Under the pieces are notes generated by a model, which saw only the letters and a list, made by a program, of their open reading frames with translations, searched no databases and was not told the origin of the DNA. Source: an uncultured Prevotella sp. (GTDB taxonomy: Bacteria; Bacteroidota; Bacteroidia; Bacteroidales; Bacteroidaceae). From it: a stretch of DNA of 64,000 bases. Location: NCBI GenBank assembly GCA_937907705.1, contig CALCVP010000072.1:26662-90661 (forward strand), given 5' to 3'. Below are positions 29,909 through 38,924 of this stretch, piece after piece. The translations under genes and the position numbers were made by a program. Each line of letters starts with the position of its first letter. The first letter of the stretch is position 1.

Positions 29909-31483
29909 ATGGACTATAAGAAATTATGTACTTTATTTACAGTAGCCTTGCTATGGCTGTTGTCGGTTGCACCTTCCATGGCTATGGAAGAGCAGGCAGG
30001 GTCGGCCATTGTGCAGAAGACAAAAGGTGATGCCTGCTATAATGCAGGGCGGTTTTCAGAGGCTTTGGAGTTTTATACCAAGGCTCTGGATATATCAAAG
30101 AATGAAGAAAATGAGCGAATCTACTATGCTTGCTTGGGAAACATTGGCAATATCTATGCCAGCATGGACGACCTGAAGCGTGCTGTCCACTATTATACGC
30201 GTGGCTATGAGGCTTCTGCAAAGAGCAAATACATAGAGTTGCAATGGCGCTTTGCGGTCAATCTGGTGTCGGCTTATTGCCAACTGAAAGACCCGAAGAG
30301 TGCAAAGGCTTTCTTTCAGATGCAGATGCAACTGCCTATCAAGGGCGTACAGCAAAAGGAATACTACTTTTTGATAAACCAGGCTTATATAGCTGAGGCA
30401 GAGAACAAGCCACAGATGGCACGCTACTACTTGCAGAAGGTGTGCGATTTTGCCGTTGACCATAAGATGGATCCTAACTACAGTCTGAATCCTTTGGTAG
30501 ATCTTGGCAGACTGTATATGAAGGAAGGCAATGTAAAAGAGGCGCTGGCTTGCTTCAGAAAGGCACAGCATGGCTTGCTGAAGCTGCCCCATCAGGAGGC
30601 TTTGGTAAGTGTCTATAAGGCTATGACTGAGGCTTTCAGGCAGCAGGGACAGGCAGACAGCGCTGCTGTGTACCACCGCCGCTACCTCAGCATGTCTGAT
30701 TCGGTGTTCAACATGAGCCAGTTTACCATGGCTGGCAGCAAGCTTTTTGAGTATGAGAATGCCGAGACACAGAAGCAGATTAACCACCTTGTGTCGCAGA
30801 ACCACATTCAATGGGGGGTCATCAGCGTGTTTGTACTGTTGCTTGTTGCCTTGGCACTGCTCTATACAGCTCTTAGACGCAAGACCCGAAGTCTGCAAGA
30901 GGCACAGCAGCTTTTAGTGAGCAAGAATGAACAACTGATGCAGAGCGACCGCAAAAGCAAGCAGCTGCTGCAACAGTATGTGCAGGCTATGAACGAGAAA
31001 CAGCAGAAACCGACAGCCACTCATGCTCCTGCTGATGAACCGCAGGCGGATGATGTGGCTGAAGACAAAGACAAACAGCAGGGCGAACGCACAGGTGTAG
31101 CCATGAACGAAGAGCAGCGCAACCGCTTGCTGAACAGCATTACTACGGTGATGGAGGATGTGAGCATTATCTCAAACTCTAACTTCAATCTGTCTATGTT
31201 GGCAGAAATGGTGGAGTCTAACACCAAGTATGTATCGTGGATTATTAACGAAACGTATCACAAAAACTTCAAGACTTTGCTCAATGAATACCGTATTCGC
31301 GAGGCATGCAAGCGGCTGTATGACAAAAAGCACTATGGCAACATGACCATACAGGCTATCTATGAAGAGTTAGGTTACAACTCGGCAGCCAGTTTTATAC
31401 AGGCTTTCAAAAAGGTAAACGGCATGACGCCATCGGTATATCAGAAGTTGAAGGCGCAGGAAACGGACGCAACGAAAGAATAA
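29909..31483 (+). CDS. Membrane-anchored TPR + AraC-family transcriptional regulator
   Basis: N-terminal hydrophobic segment, TPR repeats (ALEFYTKAL, NIGNIY), TM segment, AraC HTH (NEYRIREAC...LGYNSAASFIQAFKKVNGMTPSVY). The ATG at 29909 follows TATCTTTG at 29893. Confidence 0.9.
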   Translation: MDYKKLCTLFTVALLWLLSVAPSMAMEEQAGSAIVQKTKGDACYNAGRFSEALEFYTKALDISKNEENERIYYACLGNIGNIYASMDDLKRAVHYYTRGYEASAKSKYIELQWRFAVNLVSAYCQLKDPKSAKAFFQMQMQLPIKGVQQKEYYFLINQAYIAEAENKPQMARYYLQKVCDFAVDHKMDPNYSLNPLVDLGRLYMKEGNVKEALACFRKAQHGLLKLPHQEALVSVYKAMTEAFRQQGQADSAAVYHRRYLSMSDSVFNMSQFTMAGSKLFEYENAETQKQINHLVSQNHIQWGVISVFVLLLVALALLYTALRRKTRSLQEAQQLLVSKNEQLMQSDRKSKQLLQQYVQAMNEKQQKPTATHAPADEPQADDVAEDKDKQQGERTGVAMNEEQRNRLLNSITTVMEDVSIISNSNFNLSMLAEMVESNTKYVSWIINETYHKNFKTLLNEYRIREACKRLYDKKHYGNMTIQAIYEELGYNSAASFIQAFKKVNGMTPSVYQKLKAQETDATKE

Positions 31484-31515
31484 GTGCATATATAATATAC
31501 TATGTATAGGTCATG

Positions 31516-31564
31516 GACGGACAATAAGGACTATTGAAAAAATCCTTGTTGTCTGTCTTCTTTT
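31516..31564 (+). terminator. Terminator after the AraC regulator
   Basis: GACGGACAATAAGGA...TCCTTGTTGTCTGTC followed by TTCTTTT. Confidence 0.7.
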
Positions 31565-31613
31565 ATGGAGCTGTCAGCCGTGTTTGTTTTTACTTGTATT
31601 TTGCTTGCTTGCC

Positions 31614-31716
31614 AATAGCTATGTTATCACTTGCCGATTGCAGTGCTATTAGCCGGTGATTGCAATGTTATTGGCAAGCGATTGCAGTGCTATCGGAAGT
31701 CAATTGCTATGCTTTT
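31614..31716. repeat. 22-bp-period palindrome array, 5 units
   Basis: Cores at 31614 AATAGCTATGTTATC, 31636 GATTGCAGTGCTATT, 31658 GATTGCAATGTTATT, 31680 GATTGCAGTGCTATC, 31702 AATTGCTATGCTTTT. Confidence 0.9.
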
Positions 31717-31777
31717 GGAATGGGAACAGAATGAGAAAACTGAATGCGTGGGAAGAAATGAGTTGACGTAAGGGTAT

Positions 31778-31842
31778 AAAAAAAGGAGTACCGCTGTACT
31801 CCAACCTTTTGTTAACCTTAAATCTAATACTATGAAAAACAC
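31778..31842 (-). ncRNA. Candidate small regulatory RNA (about 65 nt)
   Basis: Minus-strand -7 box TACCTTTG (31847-31854), then GTGTTTTTCATAGTATTAGATTTAAGGTTAACAAAAGGTT, then terminator GGAGTAC-AGCG-GTACTCC with T7. Confidence 0.7.
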
Positions 31843-32208
31843 GTTGCAAAGGTATGAATTTTCTGAAAATGTGCAATACTTTTTATGCACTTTTTTTGCA
31901 GGAAATGCCATTTGTTGATTTATGTCAATCAGAATAGCCTATAAAACATTGAAAGCCATGGCTTTAACTAATATTTTCAGTAAAATGAAAGGCTGCTGTT
32001 TGCGCACCCAAGAGTGGCATTTCCATTCCATTTTTCAGCCCTGCGGCAAGCGGAAAAGCAGTGCCTCTGCTTCACTCTTTTATCCGCCTTGTTGGTTGGT
32101 GGATGGCATCAAAATTATCTATCCATTGAATTAAATAGACTGCATGCGTCCAATTCCCGAAAAAATGTGTATATTCGCATCTTATAATACCTAATATATA
32201 GAATAGCC

Positions 32209-33516
32209 ATGGAAGTACTGTTGCATTATATATGGAAGCATAAGCTGTTTCCGCTGCACCCCTTGACCACTGTTGACGGACAATCCATAGAGGTGATAGA
32301 CGCCGGACTGCACAACCGGCACCAAGGTCCCGACTTCTTTAATGCGAAAGTAAAGATAGGCGGCACACTGTGGGTGGGTAATGTAGAGATACACGACAAG
32401 TCGAGCGACTGGTATCTGCACGGCCACGACAAAGATGCCGCTTACAACAATGTAGTGCTGCATGTTACGGGGCAGAACGATGCCGATGTTACGACAGCCA
32501 ATGGCAAGCAGGTGGCGCAAATGGTGCTTGCGGTGCCCCGGCAGGTGGCAGACAACTATCAGCAGTTGCTCTCTACCGACAGCTATCCGCCCTGTTATGC
32601 CGTTATTCCGCAGCTTTCTCAACTTACGGTACACTCATGGATGAGTAGCTTGCAAGCCGAACGTCTGGAGCAGAAGACCCGACAGATAGAGCAGCGTGTG
32701 GCACTTCAAGGCGGCTCTTGGGAGTATGCACTCTTCGTAACCTTGGCACGTAACTATGGCTTTGGCGTCAATGGCGATGCCTTTGAGGCATGGGCACAGG
32801 GCTTGGGCCTGAATGCCATAGCCCATCATCGCGACGACCTGTTCCAGATAGAAGCCATGTTTATGGGGCAAGCAGGGTTGTTGGATCTTCATACCGTGCC
32901 GGAGCGTTACCGGCAAGATGCCCTCAGCGAGGGATACTTTACCCGTTTGCAGCGCGAGTATGCCTATCTTGCCCATAAGTTTGGGCTTCAGCCTATGGAT
33001 GCAGGGCAGTGGCGTTTTCTCAGGTTGCGTCCGCAGAACTTTCCACACATACGCATCTCGCAGTTGGCACAGCTCTATCATTTGCACCGTTTCCAGCTGA
33101 GCACACTGATAGAGTGTACTACCGTGGAGCAGCTGGCAGACCTGTTGGAAACCTGTGTTACACCTTATTGGGAGACCCATTATACCTTTGGCTCCACCAG
33201 CTGCAAGACACGCAAGCGGCTTTCGCCGGCATCCATCCGTCTGCTGATTATCAATACAGTGGTGCCTACGCTCTTTGCCTACGGCCGCCACCGCTCCAAC
33301 GAGCAGCTCTGTCAGCGCGCTTTCGACCTGTTGGAACAGTTGCCTACCGAGAACAATACCATTGTGCGCACTTGGCAGCAGTGCGGTATAGTTCCCTCAT
33401 CGGCTGCCGACAGCCAGGCTTTGCTGCAACTCAAGCGCGAATATTGCGACAAGCGCGAGTGCTTGCGCTGCCGTATAGGCTACGAATATCTGCGTGGACA
33501 ACAGTCTGAATCTTGA
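32209..33516 (+). CDS. DUF2851-family protein
   Basis: LLHYIWK, GPDFFNAK, WVGNVEIH...HGHDKD, RLRPQNFP and C-terminal C..RECLRCRIG motifs. Confidence 0.85.
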   Translation: MEVLLHYIWKHKLFPLHPLTTVDGQSIEVIDAGLHNRHQGPDFFNAKVKIGGTLWVGNVEIHDKSSDWYLHGHDKDAAYNNVVLHVTGQNDADVTTANGKQVAQMVLAVPRQVADNYQQLLSTDSYPPCYAVIPQLSQLTVHSWMSSLQAERLEQKTRQIEQRVALQGGSWEYALFVTLARNYGFGVNGDAFEAWAQGLGLNAIAHHRDDLFQIEAMFMGQAGLLDLHTVPERYRQDALSEGYFTRLQREYAYLAHKFGLQPMDAGQWRFLRLRPQNFPHIRISQLAQLYHLHRFQLSTLIECTTVEQLADLLETCVTPYWETHYTFGSTSCKTRKRLSPASIRLLIINTVVPTLFAYGRHRSNEQLCQRAFDLLEQLPTENNTIVRTWQQCGIVPSSAADSQALLQLKREYCDKRECLRCRIGYEYLRGQQSES

Positions 33517-33641
33517 ACTTTATGCCGCCATTTGACGTGTGTAATCGGATTTTTACAGTACCTTTGCATACAGTTTTGGCTGTTCTTGCAGGACAGCGGC
33601 AACATGCTGCATTGCCATGAGCAACCAGACAGTACCCTATA

Positions 33642-34052
33642 ATGACCCGAAACATGAAATATATATTTGAAACCCGCATGATGGTTCGCGACTATGAGTG
33701 CGACATCGAAGGCATTGTCAACAATGCCAACTACCTGCATTATGCAGAGCATACCCGCCATCTGTTTTTGCAGAAGTGCGGTCTGAGCTTTGCAGAGATG
33801 CACCGTAAAGGCATAGATGCCGTGGTGGCACGCATGAACTTGCAGTTCAAGACACCCTTGCAGTGCGACGATGAGTTTATCTCTTGTCTGAATTTGCGCA
33901 AGGAGGGCGTGCGTTATGTGTTTCAGCAAGATATATATCGCGCCAGTGACCATAAGGTATGCTTCAAGGGAGTGATAGACTTGGTATGTCTGGTCAACGG
34001 CAAGTTGGCCAACAGCAAGGAGTATGATGAGGCTTTCAGCCAATGGTTGTAG
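33642..34052 (+). CDS. Acyl-CoA thioesterase (YbgC/FadM hot-dog family)
   Basis: VRDYECDIEGIVNNANYLHYAEHTR motif; an alternative start lies at 33654. Confidence 0.9.
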   Translation: MTRNMKYIFETRMMVRDYECDIEGIVNNANYLHYAEHTRHLFLQKCGLSFAEMHRKGIDAVVARMNLQFKTPLQCDDEFISCLNLRKEGVRYVFQQDIYRASDHKVCFKGVIDLVCLVNGKLANSKEYDEAFSQWL

Positions 34053-34058
34053 ACCCCT

Positions 34059-35189
34059 ATGGAGCGCAACATAGAACTGGTTAACAAGCTGACACTGTCG
34101 CGCCTTACCTACTTTCAGCAGGGAGGAGCTACCAAAGAGTGCGAACATTTTGGCTCTGCCACGGCGGCCATGGAGGCACGCAGCGATATGGCTCGTGCAC
34201 GGCTGCGGGGAGCCAACGGCTCTGATTCTGCCCTGAAAGCCATAGAAGCAGCCCGGCAAAAGGCAGAGGAAGAACTGGCTTTTGCCGAAAAAGCTGGCAT
34301 AAAGGTGCTGGCATGGGGCGATGCAGACTATCCACAGCGGCTCAAAGGCTGCGATGATGCCCCTTTGGTGCTGTTCTCCAAGGGCAACGCTACGCTCAAT
34401 GTGCCCCGTGCCGTCAGCATAGTGGGCACACGCAACTGCACGCAGTATGGGCAGGATTTTATCAAAAAACTGGTGGAAGAGCTGTCAGCGATGTGTCCTC
34501 AACTGCTCATAGTGAGTGGCTTGGCGTATGGAGTGGACATTCATGCCCATCGCGAAGCCATGGACAACAAGTTGCCTACGGTGGCTGTGCTGGCACATGG
34601 TCTGGACCGTATCTACCCTTCTTTGCACCGGCCTGATGCGGTGCGTATGGTGGAACACGGGGCACTGCTCACCGAATACTTTACAGGCACACGCCCCGAC
34701 AAGCTCAACTTCTTGCGCCGCAACCGCATTGTGGCAGGACTGACAGATGCCACCGTGGTCATAGAAAGTGCCTCTCATGGCGGCGCATTGGCCACGGCAC
34801 GCATAGCCAAAGACTATGGTCGACAGGTAATGGCGGTGCCGGGGCGCGCCACAGACACTTACTCGCAGGGCTGCAACAAGATAATCAGAGACCGGCAAGC
34901 CACACTCATTACCTCGGCAGCAGACCTCATGTTCATCTTACAGTGGGCAGACGAAGCGCAGATGGCACAGAAGCGGAAGGCGGGTATAGAGCTTTCGCTC
35001 TTTCCTGACCTTACGGAAGAAGAGCAGCAACTGGTCAACTTGTTGCAGACAGAAGGCGACTTGCAGCTGAACAGCATGACCATGAAAACCTCACAACCTG
35101 TTAACCAAGTGGCTGCCAACCTGTTTTCGCTCGAAATGAAGGGCGTGGTAAGGGTATTGGCAGGAGGCATTTATCACCTTATATCATAG
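34059..35189 (+). CDS. dprA: DNA-processing protein DprA
   Basis: YPQRL, SIVGTRN, IVSGLAYGVDIHAH, FLRRNRIVAGL, VPGR motifs and a C-terminal winged helix. Confidence 0.95.
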   Translation: MERNIELVNKLTLSRLTYFQQGGATKECEHFGSATAAMEARSDMARARLRGANGSDSALKAIEAARQKAEEELAFAEKAGIKVLAWGDADYPQRLKGCDDAPLVLFSKGNATLNVPRAVSIVGTRNCTQYGQDFIKKLVEELSAMCPQLLIVSGLAYGVDIHAHREAMDNKLPTVAVLAHGLDRIYPSLHRPDAVRMVEHGALLTEYFTGTRPDKLNFLRRNRIVAGLTDATVVIESASHGGALATARIAKDYGRQVMAVPGRATDTYSQGCNKIIRDRQATLITSAADLMFILQWADEAQMAQKRKAGIELSLFPDLTEEEQQLVNLLQTEGDLQLNSMTMKTSQPVNQVAANLFSLEMKGVVRVLAGGIYHLIS

Positions 35190-35199
35190 TAAAAAGAAA

Positions 35200-36246
35200 A
35201 TGAAAATAGGCAATATACAGTTTGGTGACAGACCTTTGTTTCTGGCACCGATGGAAGATGTAACAGACATAGGCTTCCGCTTGCTCTGCAAACGCTTTGG
35301 AGCCTCTATGGTTTATACCGAGTTTGTAAGTGCTGAAGCACTGGTACGCTCGGTGCAAGCCACGATAAAGAAGCTTGCCATCAGCGATGTGGAGCGGCCC
35401 GTAGGCATACAGATATACGGTAGAGACGTGGCTTCGATGGTTGAAGCGGCCAAGATCGTGGAACAGGCAGGTCCCGACTTGATAGACATTAACTTTGGTT
35501 GCCCGGTCAAGAAAGTGGCTGGCAAGGGCGCAGGAGCAGGCATGTTGCAGAATATTCCGCTTATGTTGGAGATAACGAAAGCCGTGGTGGATGCTGTGAA
35601 AGTGCCCGTAACGGTGAAGACAAGGTTAGGATGGAGCAACGACAACCTTATCATTACCGACTTGGCGGAACAGTTGCAAGACTGCGGCATACAGGCACTG
35701 ACCATTCATGGGCGTACAAGGGCACAGATGTATACAGGGCAGGCAGACTGGACTTTGATAGGAGAAGTAAAGCGAAACCCACGCATACATATTCCGATTA
35801 TTGGCAATGGCGACATCACTACGCCAGAACAGGCGCGCCAAGCGTTTGAACGTTATGGGGTGGATGCAGTGATGATAGGGCGCGCTACCTTTGGCCATCC
35901 GTGGCTGTTTAAGGAGTTTCGTGATTATCTGGACGGCAAAGATCCTGACCCTACCATGGACTTTAACTGGAAATTGGATGTGCTTGAAGAGCAGCTTCGC
36001 ATCAATGTGGAGCGCATAGACGAGTATCGTGGCATCTTGCATACACGCAGACACTTGGCTGCCAGCCCGATATTCAAGGGCATTCCCAACTTCAGGCAAA
36101 CGCGTATTGCCATGCTTCGTGCTGCAAAAATGGAAGAACTGACGGCTATTCTCAATGATATAAGGCAGCAGTATGCCAATGGCACGCTTGGGGCAGGGCC
36201 GCAAACGCAGGGCGAGGAGGCTACTCCAGTGATTGCAACAGATTGA
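35200..36246 (+). CDS. dusB: tRNA-dihydrouridine synthase
   Basis: LAPMEDVTD, DINFGCP, TVKTRLGW, TIHGRT, GNGDI, MIGRA motifs. Confidence 0.93.
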   Translation: MKIGNIQFGDRPLFLAPMEDVTDIGFRLLCKRFGASMVYTEFVSAEALVRSVQATIKKLAISDVERPVGIQIYGRDVASMVEAAKIVEQAGPDLIDINFGCPVKKVAGKGAGAGMLQNIPLMLEITKAVVDAVKVPVTVKTRLGWSNDNLIITDLAEQLQDCGIQALTIHGRTRAQMYTGQADWTLIGEVKRNPRIHIPIIGNGDITTPEQARQAFERYGVDAVMIGRATFGHPWLFKEFRDYLDGKDPDPTMDFNWKLDVLEEQLRINVERIDEYRGILHTRRHLAASPIFKGIPNFRQTRIAMLRAAKMEELTAILNDIRQQYANGTLGAGPQTQGEEATPVIATD

Positions 36247-36269
36247 AAGTAAACTGCAGTGATACCAAT

Positions 36270-36322
36270 AGCGCTAACGGCACAGTGGCTTGTCAAAGGC
36301 AAACCACTGTGCCGTTAGCGCT
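36270..36322. terminator. Long hairpin between convergent genes
   Basis: AGCGCTAACGGCACAGTGG...CCACTGTGCCGTTAGCGCT, 19-bp perfect stem. Confidence 0.75.
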
Positions 36323-36383
36323 TTATTGTATGGTGAGGGTTATATGCTTATATAGTAAAGGGCATGTGCTTGCAGTGTGGCTG

Positions 36384-37100
36384 TTAGGCTATTTCATGGC
36401 TGTCAGTGTGCTTTTGCGGCTTTTTGCGCCGCTTGTAGCACAGCGCAAAGTCGCACAGTCCACAGGTATAGTCAAGCTTTTTGACACTTTCGCCCACACC
36501 GATGACTCCACTTACCGACTTGATGGGTACCATCAAGCTGGAGGGTGTGAGCCTGACGCCACACGGTTCGGGCGTGGGGAAAAGGCTGAAGAGCTGTTGC
36601 TGCTGCGACACATGCCAGCCACAGTAGCCTGGGCTGAACCTGTTGGTGTGGTGCCAGCCATGTGTCTGGAGCGTAGCTTGCAGCGAAGTCTCCATCAAGT
36701 CGGCCGTTCGCTCCGCCAATACACTGCCAACAGAGTCTGCTAAATAGGCCTTTACCATGTCGCCTTCGGCCTTCAACTGCTGCTGAAAGGCTTCAAACGC
36801 CATACCACCGGTAGCCACAAAGAAGGCAAATGCTTGCGAACCGCGCAACTGTCGGCTGATGATGCGCCCTATTTGAAACGTTTTGCCACCCACGGTAAGC
36901 GTGTGTTGCTGCTCGTCAAGGGTGCCCTTGGCCAGGAAAAAGCAAAATTGCGGACGCAGGAAACTGCTGATACGGGCCTCTATATCGCTCAACTCGCGCA
37001 GCACATCGGCATCAGGCGTACTCTCGCCATAGCCCATTTGCTCGTAGATATCTTTCTGTTGGATGCCTAAGTCGGCATAAGTAACCTCTTGTGTAAACAT
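36384..37100 (-). CDS. Stand-alone B12-dependent methionine synthase activation-domain-like protein
   Basis: FVATGG, DSVGSVLAE, RFSPGYCGW, LMVPIKSVSG motifs; C-terminal CGLCDFALC. Confidence 0.8.
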   Translation of the reverse strand: MFTQEVTYADLGIQQKDIYEQMGYGESTPDADVLRELSDIEARISSFLRPQFCFFLAKGTLDEQQHTLTVGGKTFQIGRIISRQLRGSQAFAFFVATGGMAFEAFQQQLKAEGDMVKAYLADSVGSVLAERTADLMETSLQATLQTHGWHHTNRFSPGYCGWHVSQQQQLFSLFPTPEPCGVRLTPSSLMVPIKSVSGVIGVGESVKKLDYTCGLCDFALCYKRRKKPQKHTDSHEIA

Positions 37101-37210
37101 AATTGAAAGAATGGATGATGGCTGTTGACAGGCTAACAAGAGTACAAAGTGGCTTTTATCCTGTTGCTTTACCGTATTGCTTCCTATGGATAAACCGCCT
37201 TTATAACTGC

Positions 37211-38797
37211 TTATTGCTCCTTACCCGTAGCCACTTGCAGTGCTTTCTTTACGATATCGCTGTTTTGGTTGATAACAGCGAAGTACTCACTCATGTCAAA
37301 CAAGTCTCTTGCCACCAAGGCCTTCACTTGTGTTTGCAGTGCAGGCAGCGTCTTTTGGCGCTCATCGGCAGTCTTGTTGCCTAACTTCTGCTTCTCGCCT
37401 TCTTTCAAGATAGAGTCTGTGAGCTGTGCCGGTACCGTGAAGTTTTTGTTGAAGGCTTCGAAAGTAGGATAGCTTTTGTGCAGCTTTTTGCGGTTATTGT
37501 CAATGTAGCGCAAGCACTTTTCAATGACAATACCTTTGGCCACGAGCTCTCTGTGCAACTTGGTATACTGCAAAGTGTCAAGCGGTACGAAATAGTCTGG
37601 CATGATACCGCCTCCACCGTAGACTGTTCTGTGCTTTTTTACGGTGTAGAACTTGAGCGAATCGGCAAAGTGTATGCTGTCGCTATTGGTGAGTTCGCCA
37701 TGCTTCAGGCGGTTGTCAAAGTCTTTGGCATAGTCTGCCAGATCTCCTTTTTTATAGGGCTTCTGTATGCATCGGCCAGAAGGTGTGTAGTAATGGGCTA
37801 TGGTAAGACGTATCATAGAGCCGTCGGGAAGTTCCAATGGGCGTTGAACAAGACCCTTGCCAAAGGAACGTCGGCCGATTACTGTGCCGCGGTCTTGGTC
37901 TTGTATGGCTCCTGTTACAATCTCTGCAGCCGAAGCTGTAAACTCATTGACGAGCACATAGACTTTGCCTTGCTGCAACTTGCCGTTGCCTTGGGCTTTA
38001 TAGTCGGTGCGGTTGGAGGTGCGTCCCTTGGTGTAAACAATGAGATCGTTTTTAGCCAAGAACTCATTGGCTATCTGAACAGCGGCTTGCAAATAGCCGC
38101 CGCCATTGTCTTGCAGGTCGAGTATGAGGTCTTTCATGCCCTGGTTGCTGAGTTGTTGCACGCCATCCATAAACTCCTTATAGGTGGTAGCGCCGAAATT
38201 ACTGATACGGATATAGCCTATCTGTGGGCGTATCATGTAGATAGCATCGATGCTCTTGACCGGTATCTTGTCGCGTTTTACGGTAAAATACAGGGTTCCT
38301 CCTATGCCCCGGCGCACGATACCTAACTTAACTTTCGTGCCACGCGGACCACGCAACCGCTTCATAATAACGTCTCTTGCCATTTTTACGCCAGCGATGG
38401 CGGTGTCGTTGACCGACACGATGCGGTCGCCAGCCATGATGCCTACTTTCTCTGACGGGCCTTTTGATACGGGTTGGATAACGAGTAGGGTATCGTCTAC
38501 CATGTTAAACTGTACCCCGATGCCGTCAAAATTGCCCTGAAGAGGCTCGTTCATGGCTTTTACTTCTTCGGGATTGGAGTAAGAAGAGTGTGGATCAAGC
38601 TTCTCGAGCATGCCTTTGATAGCATCTTCTACCAGCTTTGACTCGTCAACAGAGTCGACATAGAAGTTGTTGATGGCCATTTCGGCTATCTGAAGTTTGC
38701 GCAGTGGGCTGTTGCCAGAGAAGTTAAAGCGTATTTGCGCTGTGGCACTTGTCAGGCAAGTGATGATGACCAGCAGGGTCAATGCTATTCTTTTCAT
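37211..38797 (-). CDS. S41-family C-terminal processing protease (PDZ)
   Basis: LDPHS, FDGIGVQF, LDLQDNGGG, TASAAEI, SFGKGLVQ, YYTPSGRCIQ motifs. Confidence 0.93.
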   Translation of the reverse strand: MKRIALTLLVIITCLTSATAQIRFNFSGNSPLRKLQIAEMAINNFYVDSVDESKLVEDAIKGMLEKLDPHSSYSNPEEVKAMNEPLQGNFDGIGVQFNMVDDTLLVIQPVSKGPSEKVGIMAGDRIVSVNDTAIAGVKMARDVIMKRLRGPRGTKVKLGIVRRGIGGTLYFTVKRDKIPVKSIDAIYMIRPQIGYIRISNFGATTYKEFMDGVQQLSNQGMKDLILDLQDNGGGYLQAAVQIANEFLAKNDLIVYTKGRTSNRTDYKAQGNGKLQQGKVYVLVNEFTASAAEIVTGAIQDQDRGTVIGRRSFGKGLVQRPLELPDGSMIRLTIAHYYTPSGRCIQKPYKKGDLADYAKDFDNRLKHGELTNSDSIHFADSLKFYTVKKHRTVYGGGGIMPDYFVPLDTLQYTKLHRELVAKGIVIEKCLRYIDNNRKKLHKSYPTFEAFNKNFTVPAQLTDSILKEGEKQKLGNKTADERQKTLPALQTQVKALVARDLFDMSEYFAVINQNSDIVKKALQVATGKEQ

Positions 38798-38924
38798 GTG
38801 CATAAAGTATGTCTTTGTAGGGTGGCAACGGTGTGTCGGCTGTGTGGTTGCGCCCGGATGCCACTTTAATGATAAGCTGATGATATCTTATAATAATATG
38901 TATTAGCCGGTATAATAATACGTA

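Noticed and set aside
32209..35189. DUF2851 plus DprA as an anti-phage defence system
   Set aside because: Both are common Bacteroidales chromosomal genes, here in a housekeeping run with a thioesterase and dusB; no defence-island context.
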